Assembly (NCBI GenBank): GCA_040954595.2
Contig: JBECUI020000068.1
Location: forward strand, 1 to 33,404
Length of the DNA stretch: 33,404 bases
Direction of reading: 5' to 3'
From: Balanoglossus misakiensis
Taxonomy: Eukaryota > Animalia > Hemichordata
The notes under the pieces were generated by a model. The model worked only from the letters and a program-made list of their open reading frames with translations, made no database searches and was not told the DNA's origin. Of the stretch, positions 18,108 through 29,000 are shown piece by piece. Every line of letters begins with the position of its first letter. Positions within the stretch are counted from its first letter, which is position 1. The position numbers and the translations under genes are program-made.

Positions 18108-19463
18108 ATGCGTAAGAACATAATTATTGCTATTGTATTTGTATTTATTATGGGGTCCACCTCCCCTCTCAGTGCACAGAATATACGAAGTGATATCGAG
18201 TGGCATGCAATAATCCAGGAACTGTTAACAGCAATTACCGAAAACTATGTTGATGAGGTAGAGAAAGAGGCACTTATTCAAGGTGCACTTGACGGTATGA
18301 TTTCTGCTTTGAATGATCCGTACAGTGCGCTCCTATCGGAAAATGAATTTTTACGGCTGAAGGGTATGGTTGTAGGGACATTCGGTGGTCTTGGTATGTA
18401 TGTTGATAAACAACGAAATGATTCTCAAGAGAGCTATTTGGAAATTATTTCTCCTATTGTCGATACACCAGCGTTTCGTCAAGGGTTGCGTTCCGGCGAC
18501 CTCATACTGGCGATTGACGACATGAGCACTAAGGATATGCCGCTCTACGAGGCGGTAAGCAATTTGCGTGGGGAAGTTGGTACAAATGTTCAGTTAAACA
18601 TTAAACGCCGTGGTACCGATCCCTTTGACGTTACCCTTACTCGTGCCAGTATTCAGGTTCCAACTCTTGATTATGATATGCTTACTGATGATGTCGGCTA
18701 TATCCGCATCTTTGTATTTACTTCTTTTACTGGAGCTAAACTCCGTGAGGCATTAATAGAATTAATGGACAGAGGAATGCAGAAACTTATTATTGATCTC
18801 CGTGATAATGGGGGAGGTTCTCTTGAAGGGTGTATCCATGCGGTTGACCTGTTTTTTCGGAATCAGGTAGTGGTATCCATTCAGGGGAGGGGGGATCAAG
18901 AAAAACTTGAACATACAACGAGTAGGATGCTACTTGTTCCAAATGATCTTTCTATTTTAATCTTGATAAACAAGGGTTCGGCATCTGCTTCTGAAATATT
19001 TGCCGGTGCGTTTAAGGATCATGGCCGTGCGGTGTTAATGGGGAGTAGCACCTATGGGAAGGGGTCTGTGCAGCAGATAATTAGTATTAATAAATTTGCC
19101 TTTCGCCTGACGACGGCACGTTACTATACCCCGTCGGGCAACAACATAGACTTGGTTGGTATTGCTCCGGATATTGAAGTAACTGGAAGAATTCTAACCG
19201 ATGAAGAGATCGCTGCTTTTACGGAGTTTGTTAACGACAATAGCATAACTGATTTTATTGAGCAGGGCGAATTTTCTCCTGCATCAGTTGAATCCTTTAT
19301 CGAACAAACAACGCAGAGCTATCCGTCACTGAGTGAAGACGTGCTCAGGTACAAACTGCGACAGGATATGTATCTTGCCACTGAAAATAAAATTCAACTC
19401 TTTGATCTTGAATACGATTCGATACTAAATACTGCGCTCGAATATTTTCAAACTGAGATGTAG
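18108..19463 (+). CDS. ctpA: S41A carboxyl-terminal processing protease (CtpA-like), copy 1
   Basis: Signal peptide, DPYS, PDZ domain (FGGLGM..., GLRSGD), DLRDNGGG, catalytic SASASE and GKGSVQ. ATG 18108 is preferred over GTG 18090. Confidence 0.92.
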   Translation: MRKNIIIAIVFVFIMGSTSPLSAQNIRSDIEWHAIIQELLTAITENYVDEVEKEALIQGALDGMISALNDPYSALLSENEFLRLKGMVVGTFGGLGMYVDKQRNDSQESYLEIISPIVDTPAFRQGLRSGDLILAIDDMSTKDMPLYEAVSNLRGEVGTNVQLNIKRRGTDPFDVTLTRASIQVPTLDYDMLTDDVGYIRIFVFTSFTGAKLREALIELMDRGMQKLIIDLRDNGGGSLEGCIHAVDLFFRNQVVVSIQGRGDQEKLEHTTSRMLLVPNDLSILILINKGSASASEIFAGAFKDHGRAVLMGSSTYGKGSVQQIISINKFAFRLTTARYYTPSGNNIDLVGIAPDIEVTGRILTDEEIAAFTEFVNDNSITDFIEQGEFSPASVESFIEQTTQSYPSLSEDVLRYKLRQDMYLATENKIQLFDLEYDSILNTALEYFQTEM

Positions 19464-19467
19464 GCTG

Positions 19468-19953
19468 TCATGCTTGGACTGGTGCAAGTCCGGCAAGATG
19501 TTCGGATGCTTTAATGAGTTCATTTTTATATACTTTAATAAAGAGGTAATGTAGCAAGGTCTTTATTCCTGGTGCCAGTAGAAGCAATCCAAGCACATCG
19601 CTTGCAAAGCCGGGTATAATAATGAAGACACCGGCTATGATATGAATAAAGAGGGTTGCAAACTCATTTTCCGCATGTTTTCCTTCGGATAGATTGTGAA
19701 ATAACCTTTCTGTAATGGTAAAGATATTATTTCGTACTAGGAAGAGCCCCACAAATCCGGTAAGGGCTTCAACTGCAAGCACAAAGTATATTCCAAACTC
19801 TTTTCCAAGTAGGAATAAATAGTACCCATCCACAAGCAAGGGTATGGAACAAAACAGCAGCAGGTAAAACCCTTGAGTGATAAAACCAACATCAGCGCAT
19901 AGCACAATCATTTCCGATCTGAGAAACCGTATTCTTGAATTTTCTTTTTTCAT
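19468..19953 (-). CDS. fxsA: FxsA family membrane protein
   Basis: Hydrophobic 161-aa protein with the FxsA-like motif AGVFIIIPGFASDVLGLLLL and LTGFVGLFLVR. Confidence 0.75.
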   Translation of the reverse strand: MKKENSRIRFLRSEMIVLCADVGFITQGFYLLLFCSIPLLVDGYYLFLLGKEFGIYFVLAVEALTGFVGLFLVRNNIFTITERLFHNLSEGKHAENEFATLFIHIIAGVFIIIPGFASDVLGLLLLAPGIKTLLHYLFIKVYKNELIKASEHLAGLAPVQA

Positions 19954-20020
19954 CTTATTTGCAATAATACTGCAAAAAAAAACTGTTTTCCAGTCTTGGT
20001 AGTGCTTGTTTCTGTGATAC

Positions 20021-21684
20021 TTAGACCAGTGAGGCCAAGAAATTCCGTTGCCAGTCCAGTAAATAGCTTTCTAACTCTCTACTTGTTGTATCATTTCCAC
20101 GGACATCTGCTATAAAACGAATGACTGCCTCAGTTCCGGATGCTCTCATCCATATCCGTGCCTGCACGGTGGCTTGTTTATCGAGAAAACGGATAACCGT
20201 CCCGCCCTTTGTGGAGTTCTTCATGGTACGGGTAACCCTTGTTCCTTCATGGCGATAATATTGCCAGTCAACGATGCCATATTGAGATAGGGTTGGCATC
20301 AACTTTTCTACTTCAGCAGGAAGGGTGTGCAGAGAGAGGTCTCCGGCCTTAACGTGCACCCATGAACGGGGGTCGGCAATGCTGGTGCATTGGTACTGCG
20401 GCATGCTTTCCAATATCGGTGTAATTTCTTGTCCGGCAATACGCCATTGACGAAAGCAATCAAGTGTCAGAAAAAGAATGAGTCCGGTTATAGCCGGCAG
20501 GGGATCGCGTACCATAGAGGGAGGAAAAATAGCTCCGCCATTGGATCCTTCTCCGGCAATACCGACAAGGAAGCCCTTCTCGATTGCCTGCATTACGCCC
20601 GCACTGACATTCGCTTCTCCTGTCTCGGTTTGTATAACTTCTACATTAAATTGTTCTGCTATATCGCTAATTTTTTGTGAGGTGGGGGCATTGATAACAA
20701 TAGCCTTCTTTGCCTGTGGTGCGTATACCTCCATCCATGCAAGTCGTGCAAGACAGAATAAGGCAAAACTATTCTGTGCACTTAGCTGGCATGCCTTCCC
20801 GGTATGTGGATCGATGTATGTAATATTTCCCCTATCACCGTCTCCGTCGGAAACATATCCAATTTGGAAGGTGGGATCGTGTCGCCATAGCTTTTCTAGC
20901 GTTCGCATGCATGGTATCATTGCGTCCCCTTCAGGAAGGATTGCATGCTGTACCTTGTTCGGGTTGATGATCTTTGTTTGAATGCCTAATTTTTTCAGCC
21001 ACGACTGGTCAATACCTCGCCCTCGTGCGCCCCCGTTTGCATCAATAAGAACCGAAAAAGGATTGTTTTTTAGTTCTCTTCGTCCGTGCTCTACAACTGA
21101 TGCATTGTTAAGAAATACTGCCTGCATGAGACGTTTGTGATATGCTTGCTGTGAGTTGGTGATAATTTTTTTGCCGCGGAGGACTGTTCCACCTGCTTTC
21201 TTTTTTTGTTGCGGTATTTGTAAGTTTTTTCAAATGCGGCAATAAGGCGATTACTTTCGTGTGGGGGTAATATCATGCCGGAATTGTTTCCAAACTTGAG
21301 TCCGTTATGGCCAATGGGATTATGACTTGCACTGATATAACAAAATCCCCCTGCTTTGATTTCTGTTGTGTATGCCATTATTTCGGGGATAGGGCAAACA
21401 TTACGCAGGTAAATTTGCAGTTCTTCTTCAAGAAAGACTGGAAGAAGAATTTTTGCTATGCTGTTGCTACTCGGTCTTCGATCCATTCCGAGAACAAGAC
21501 TCGCGATATAGTGTTCTTTAAGAAAATTACTAAAGGTCCGAGCAGCGATTTGCAATAGAATTTTATCGACAGTTCGGATATGTCTACTTCGTGATTCTTC
21601 CGATGCTGCAAAAACCTTCCGCCATCCCGAGACTGAACATATCATTTTCTGATACGCTTCTAAAATTTCTTTATGTGTAACCAT
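20021..21684 (-). pseudogene. Phosphoglucomutase/phosphomannomutase-family enzyme split by a single -1 frameshift
   Basis: The 5' ORF (ATG 21684, overlapping the cobB stop as TAATG) carries SVSGWR, DRRPSS and the phosphoserine motif SASHNP. The 3' ORF carries the metal loop DGDGDR, TGEANV, GEGSNGG and RASGTE. The two frames overlap across two A7 runs. Confidence 0.8.
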
Positions 21685-22376
21685 TATTGCTGTTCCGCCA
21701 GGAATTTTTTTACCCAAGCAGGAACAATTTCGGTTGCATTTCCATACTCGCTTTCGTTAAAGTGATTGCCGATCTCTTCCTTATTCAGGATAACACAGCG
21801 TGCATCAACTGATCTTGCTTGCATTGCAAAGCCGGCTGATGGGTATACGGTTCCGGATGTTCCGATGGATAAGAAAAGAGTACAGGTGGTAAGCAGGTCT
21901 TCTATTCTATCCATATGATACGGCATTTCACCGAACCAAACGATATCGGGACGCAGAGAGTTTGTCCGTTTACAAGAAGGGCAAACGGTATCAACTGATA
22001 TATTTCCTTTGACATCTATCTGTGTTCTGCAAAAGATGCAAAGGGCTTTTAATATGCTCCCGTGAATGTGCAAAATATTTTTGCTGCCAGCTCGTTCATG
22101 CAGATCATCGATGTTTTGTGTAATAAGAGTAAAGGTGGGGGTTTCATGTTCCAGTTCTGCAAGTGCTATATGTGCTGCGTTCGGTTCAGCTGAAAGTACT
22201 GCTTTGCGTCGTTCGTTGTAAAAACGATGTACCTTATTCGGATTGTTTGCAAAGGCTTCGGGTGTTGCTACTTCTTCAATTCGATTTCCTTCCCATAAAC
22301 CGCCTGCATCGCGAAATGTTTTAAGTCCCGATTCTGCCGAAATTCCTGCGCCGGTAAGTACAACAATTCTTTCCAT
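21684..22376 (-). CDS. cobB: Sir2-family NAD-dependent protein deacylase (class III)
   Basis: GAGISAESG, TQNIDDLHERAG, HGS, Zn ligands CIFC/CPSC and RPDIVWFGE. FYNERR has the class III Tyr/Arg desuccinylase pair. Confidence 0.93.
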   Translation of the reverse strand: MERIVVLTGAGISAESGLKTFRDAGGLWEGNRIEEVATPEAFANNPNKVHRFYNERRKAVLSAEPNAAHIALAELEHETPTFTLITQNIDDLHERAGSKNILHIHGSILKALCIFCRTQIDVKGNISVDTVCPSCKRTNSLRPDIVWFGEMPYHMDRIEDLLTTCTLFLSIGTSGTVYPSAGFAMQARSVDARCVILNKEEIGNHFNESEYGNATEIVPAWVKKFLAEQQ

Positions 22377-22504
22377 GCAAATTATTGTATTAAGAAATAA
22401 AGTTTTTTTCTACTCAATATGAAATACAACGCATGTAAAGATGTTAAACAATATCAACGGAGTACTTCATAATTCTGTTGGTGAGTATGTGTAGGGCTTT
22501 TTTA

Positions 22505-22738
22505 TGTATAAGCCCCGCCATCCACAACCCCCACCCATCAGGGGCGGTATAACGTACTACTGCGAAATATGGCTGTTTGCTTGAGCCTTTGCCCTGCCGG
22601 CACACAAGAATCGCCGTGCTCCCCGGCTAAACTACTACACAGATGTTAAGTAGTTTTTTGTATAAGCCGCGCCATCCACAGCCCCCACCCATCAGGGGCG
22701 GTATAACGTACTACTGCAAAATCTGCCTGTTTGATTGA
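22505..22738. repeat. Left mosaic repeat array: two 80-bp blocks (22505-22584, 22659-22738) joined by a type-X linker
   Basis: Block TGTATAAGCCCCGCCATCCACAACCCCCACCCATCAGGGGCGGTAT...TTTGCTTGA, with a period of 154 bp. Same family and orientation as 31169-31871. Confidence 0.93.
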
Positions 22739-22925
22739 GGTTTATCCATACCTTTTATAAAAAAATCTTTTTTTCTTTAAAAAGTGCAAAAGAATTGAGC
22801 ACCGTGCAAGAATATTTTCACTAAAATTACCTGGAGTGAATCTCCAAAATAAGACATATTGAGGCAGTTTTTCTCTATAATATCACATTTGCACCTCTCA
22901 AAAAACTCCTCTTAATGAGTTTTTA

Positions 22926-22946
22926 GGGGGGGGGGGGGGGGGGGGG
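22926..22946 (+). repeat. Poly-G tract (G21)
   Basis: 21 consecutive G, ending 21 bp upstream of the -35 box of the giant lipoprotein gene. Confidence 0.85.
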
Positions 22947-22967
22947 CTTCGACTTTTACGATTTTAC

Positions 22968-22996
22968 TTGACTTTTTTGCTGTTTTTTACTATACT
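22968..22996 (+). promoter_or_regulatory. Sigma70-type promoter of the giant lipoprotein gene
   Basis: TTGACT (22968-22973), a 17-bp spacer, and TATACT (22991-22996). RBS GGAGGT at 23021-23026 precedes ATG 23031. Confidence 0.8.
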
Positions 22997-23030
22997 ATCT
23001 ATATACTTTCTTTTACGCTTGGAGGTTGCG

Positions 23031-26000
23031 ATGCGTTCAGTTCTTATTGCAACAACACTTGTTGTTTTCTTTGCTTTTGTTTTTTCCTGTGGTGGAACTG
23101 CCACTTCAGGAAATATTCCAGATCCTGTCAATGCACTTTCTGCACATTTTCGTGCAGGGGACTCTATTACCGTTTCCTGGCAAGCACCCACTACTGGTGA
23201 ACATTCTTATTCTGTTATCATCAGGGATCCCAATCAGGACATTATTGCCGAAGTAACGGCAACATCTCCTTCTCATACATTTGAAGGATTACTGTTTGCA
23301 CCAAATACCATCTATACAGTAGAAGTTTCCACTGTTTCGGGTGAGTCTTCTTCTCCGGTCGTTCAAATCACTCTTCCCGCAACCGGTGATGTTGTTGATG
23401 CAGGAAGTACCGCTGACAACATTGCTACTCTACCGGGTAATAATCCTTCTAACGAAATTACAGTTACATGGAATGCACCAAACAATCTTGTACAACAGCC
23501 AACCGGATATACTATTCATCTGACCCCAGCTGGTGGAGAAACACAAGAAATCCTGATTGATGATGCCTCAAAAGTCAGTCATACCATATCAGGATTAGAG
23601 CCACAAGTTGAGTATTCTGTTGCCGTAAGTGTACGATACAATAACGGACGATCAACCATCATCACTGCACCGGAACGCATTCAAACCTCTGTTGCACCAT
23701 TGACCATAACAAGAGATGTCTCATCAACTGCAATCAATCTGAGCTGGAACCCGATTGCTCCTGATTTGACATACAGTGTCTATCTCAGTACCGAAGCCCC
23801 TTCCACGGTTGATATCCTGATAGATGATGCGAACAAACAGGACGCAGCGATATTTGACTCGCTACTCAATGAATGGAGTCTATACATCGATGGTCTGACT
23901 GCAGCAATGACCTATTATATTACCGTAAGCGCAACAGGAGGGGAGATTGTTGAAAACAGCGGTATTCTCTCAATCGAAACCCAAGCATCAGGAGAGCGTG
24001 CTCCTGAGATTGTTTCGTCCATAACAAAGTTGCTCAGTGAAAAAACAAGAGGATCACTTGCATTCAGCTGGAAAGACGTGCAAGGAACGGACATAGATGG
24101 GAACCATGTGCCAAGTATTTATACCGTACAGTACCGCAAATTCGGTACCACAGAATGGAAGAACGAGTCTGTTTCCTCGCCGACAAGTGGAAACCCGACT
24201 GTTACCCTAACTGAATTGGATGAAGCAGCGGAGTATCTCATACGGATACAGGCAGTAAACAGTACCAACGATACTCTGATAAGCGGATGGAGCGAGGAAG
24301 TAACGCTTGCTGCAAATGGAATCAAACCCTTTGTCATACAAGATGGAGGAGGCAATGCCATAGAACGACATACCATAACACTGGGAAATCAATACACACT
24401 CATTCTTTCAGCAGGAACATTTGTCAACGTTGAGAATACGGAAGTTCGTTGGGCAAGTACAGATGAGAGCATTGTAACGGTAACGGATGCAGGAAGGATC
24501 CATGCAGTAGGAAGTGGGAATGTCAGTATAAGTGCAACGGCCGGAGCAGATCCAAGCAAAACTGATTCGGTAGTTATTACGGTTCCCCCTGTACAGATTG
24601 AGGGCATTGCATCAGCCCGTGCAATTACTCTGAGTTGGCACAGTGTTCCCGGTGTGCAGTATTCAGTCTACCGAACAAGCACTGCAAGCACGAGCGCAGA
24701 ATCGGTGGTACAGCAAGCAAATCGAGTATCACTCACCCCGACAAGCAGTGATGGAACCGAGACAGTGACAATAGATGGACTCAATCCACAAACCGACTAT
24801 TATGTTGTCGTAACACTCATTGGTGGAGCAATCAATGAAATGAGTTCACTTCTCACGATAACTACGAACAGTGTTCAAGCAACAAATCCCGGAGAAGTCA
24901 ATGAGATTAAAAAGAATCTGAGTGAGAAAACGATAGGATCACTCACAATTACGTGGACACAAGAAGATCGACAAGGAACTAATACTACAGGAAACTTTGT
25001 TGCAAGTATCTATGAAGTGGAATACAGAAAAGTGGGAACAATAGACTGGATCAGTGCCCCCATCGTACCGGTTGGAGAGGCTCTCAGCAGAACATTCAGT
25101 GGACTTGATGAAACAGAGAACTATGAAGTCCGGATACGTGCACTCAATAGCAGTGATCAGACATTGGCAGGCGATTGGAGCGTGGCAGGACCCTTTCTTG
25201 CAAATGGAATCAAACCCTTTGTCATACAGGATGTAGACGGAAATTCGATTACAGAGCTTGATCTCGGTCTTGGACAGACGACGAGACTCAGCCTTGCAGC
25301 AGGAACATTCGTGAATGTGGCAAATACAAGGGTACTCTGGGAGAGTAGTAGTAATACGGTCGTAACGATAACGGATACAGGAAGGATAGCAGTAGTCGGA
25401 AGTGGCGAAGCAATAATTACTGCAACCGCAGAGGCAGACGACAGCAAGAGTGATACGGTACGTATTACTGTACCGAAACTCAATGTGCTTTTTACTTCTG
25501 CTGCCGGGTCAATTGTTCTCAGTTGGCACAGTATCCCGAGTGTCAGTTATGCAGTCTACCGAACAACCACGGTCAGTACGACAGCTGAGGAAGTGATACA
25601 GGAAGCCAATCGATTGTCTCTCTCCCCCGTTTCGAGTGAGGGCAAAGAGACGATAACCATGGGCGGATTAAGTCCACGTAGCACTTATTATATTGTGGTA
25701 ACCGTAACCGGAAATAGCATAGATGAAAACAGTGAACTACTCATAGTAAGCACTGCAGGAGTTGAAGCAACAAACCCCGGAGAAGTCAATGAGATTAGAA
25801 AGGATCTGGGTGAAAAAACGATTGGAACACTCAAAATTACCTGGACACAGGAAGATCGACAAGGGACCGATACTGCAGGAAACTTTGTTGCAAGTAGTTA
25901 CGAAGTGGCATACAGAAAGGTGGGAGCAATAGACTGGATCAGTGCTGTAGCGATTGAAGAGAATCTCAGCAAAACACTCAGTGGACTTGATGGAACAGAG

Positions 26001-29000
26001 AACTATGAAGTCCGGATACGTGCACTCAATAGTAGTAATCAGACATTGGCAAGCGAGTGGCGCGTGGCAGGACCATTTCCAGCAAACGGAATCCGTGATC
26101 TTGTTATCCATGATGCCAACGGTGCGGTTGCGACATTGACGGTCCCAGTCGGAACCAGTACACAGCTTCAGATTCCAAGTGATACTTGGGTCAATGTGGA
26201 GAATAGGAATGTTCTCTGGACAAGCGGTGATCCGAGCATCATTCGGGTGAGCAATGGACTGGTAACAGCCTTATCAGACGGCAGCAGCACTGTGCAAGCA
26301 GTAGCTGATGCAGACGATACGAAGAGAGTAGAAATAACAATCGATGTTCCCGGTTTTGGAACCATTACTCCAAGAGTAACAAGGACAAGTATAGATTTTA
26401 ACTGGGAGAGCATTACGTCTGTACCACTGACCTACCGTGTCTATCTCTCGACTAGTGAAACTGATCTTATCAGTGAAGGAAACAAACATACACCGACATT
26501 ATCAGGAAATACCTGGAGTATACTCATAGGGGGCTTGAATCCGGAGAGCAACTACTTTGCGATCATTACCGCAACGAGTATTGATATTTCGGTACAAAGC
26601 CCCGTATTGCCGATACGCACCGAAGATTCGCAGGCAGAAGCACCACCAAGTGTCGCTAATGTGGCAAAAGATCTGACAGAACAGGGATTGGGAGCATTAA
26701 AGATAACCTGGGATGCGGTTCAGGGGAAGGATATTGATGGAAGTTTGGTTGCAAGCAAATACAATATTCAGTATCGTTTGCATGGAACAACCACGTGGAC
26801 AGAGGTTGATTCGGATACACCGAGCATTACCCTCAGTAGTTTAGCAGGTGCAGAAGAGTACGATGTGCAAATCAGGGCAGTGAACAGTTTGGTTACATAT
26901 TTGACGAGTAACTGGTCTTCAGTGATAACTCTGAAGGCAAACGGAATCGGGAGCATTCGGATAAGCAAGGCAGATGGCAGTGAGTTAACCGAAGTGGATA
27001 GAACCATATTAATTCCCAATACTCTAGCACTGTCAGCAGATCTGGTAGCAGAAAATATTAGTGATCGCGGAGTACAGTGGGGAGTAGAAAACGCAAATCC
27101 TACCGTAGCCGGAGAAACGGTTGCTACCATAAGTACTGATGGAGTAGTAACTGCAGTATCATCAGGAACAATTGAAGTAACAGTCGTTTCGGTACTTGAT
27201 ACCAGCAAGAGTGATCGAATAACCCTGACTGTAGATTCGCAAGCAGAAGCACCACCAAGTGTCGCTAATGTGGTAAAAGATCTGACAGAACAGGGATTGG
27301 GAGCATTAAAGATTACCTGGGATGCGGTTCAGGGGAAGGATGTTGATGGGAGTTTAGTTGCAAGCAAGTACAATATTCAGTATCGTTTGCATGGAACAAG
27401 CACGTGGACAGAGGTTGATTCGGATACACCGAGCATTACCCTCAGTAGTTTAGCAGAAGCAAAAGAATATGATGTACAAATTAGGGCAGTAAACAGTATT
27501 ATTCCATCTCTGATGAGTAACTGGTCTGCCGAGGTAACTCTGAAGGCAAACGGGATCGACAGTATTCGGATAATCAAGGCAGATGGCAGTGAGTTGACCC
27601 AAGAGGGTCTATTCACTTCAAATACCCTTGCATTGCTAGCATCATTCGTAGCTGAAAATATCAGTGATCACGGAGTACAGTGGGGAGTAGAAAACGAGAA
27701 TCCTACTGTAGCCGGAGAAACGGTTGCTACCATAGGCACTGATGGGCTAGTAACTACGGTATCACCGGGAACAATTGAAGTAACAGTCGTTTCGGTACTT
27801 GATAGCAGCAAAACAGACAGGATAACCCTGACTGTCATTCAGGCACCTACTGCACCCACTGTACCACGCATAGGAACTGTAAATTTTGTAGCAGTCGATA
27901 CGGATGGAACGTACCGACTAACGGTTGATTGGAGCGAACCAACTGATCCGGGCATGCTTCTTGGTGGAGGACCGGCAACAATAATTGGATATACACTTTC
28001 GTGGGGAAGTGGACAGCAAGAGGTGGGAAATGTCTTGTCGTATACCATAACGGGGTTAGACCTTGATACAATCTATAGCATAACGGTCATTGCCCGAAAT
28101 GAGGGAGCAGAATCACCTGCATCAGTGGCTGTGCGAACGAAAAGAGTCCTTAATATACCGGTAGCTGACCTGCCATATTACAACCAACCCATTTTGAAAG
28201 TCTACGGTACTGCAAGCGAATACTACAACTTACAAAAAGATGCCTTGGGGGGTCTTGAACAAGCCAGCCAATGGAGGTATCAGCTTTCCAGTGTTACCCC
28301 ACAACAATCAGGATTTTCAGTTCAGGATTATGCAACAAGCGGCTCACATTATCGCCATGGACTTCTTAGTATAGCTAATACTGTTCCGGTGGGTATCTAT
28401 CAGATAGAGACAAGAATAACCCGTAACAACTATTGGGGAGAAATAATTGTCAATGCAGAGGTAAGAATAACAGCAATCCAGCTAAGCAATTACCGCATGG
28501 AATACGGACCCCTTGCCGATGCACGAGAGGGCGTTGCACAATCCTATCATCCGAGTGTAAATACCATTCCTTCTGCAGCGGCTGCGACGTATAGCATTAC
28601 TGCCCTTTCAGGTAGTCTTCCCGTTGGTATAAGCATTGATGCAGACGGAACAATACAGGTAGCGGATTCGCTTTTACCTGCAACATATCCGGTTCGGGTA
28701 ACTGCAACGCCGACAACCAGCAATTATGGCGGAACACTTACTACCGACCTTGTTATTACTGTAGTGGAAGCAAATGCCATAACCGGCTCCATGAGTTATC
28801 CGGTTATTGACCATCCGTATAACGATGCAGATCCAAAAACCTACACGCCAACGGTGGTAGATCTGCCAAGCGGATTAACAGCCGATCTCTTGAGTTACCG
28901 TATTACATCGGTACGCCGAAACGACATTGATATTCCCTCTTATACAGGGATAATAACAATCGATGCAGCTGGGATAATAACAATGAGTACCACTGCACAA

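Noticed and set aside
21684-22376. Sir2 protein as an anti-phage defence NADase (Thoeris/DSR type)
   Set aside because: It is a short Zn-binding CobB-type deacylase in a housekeeping operon, with no defence partner genes.
22968-23030. N-terminal 21-aa extension of the giant ORF from TTG 22968
   Set aside because: The TTG is the -35 hexamer. ATG 23031 has a GGAGGT RBS and gives a proper lipoprotein signal.
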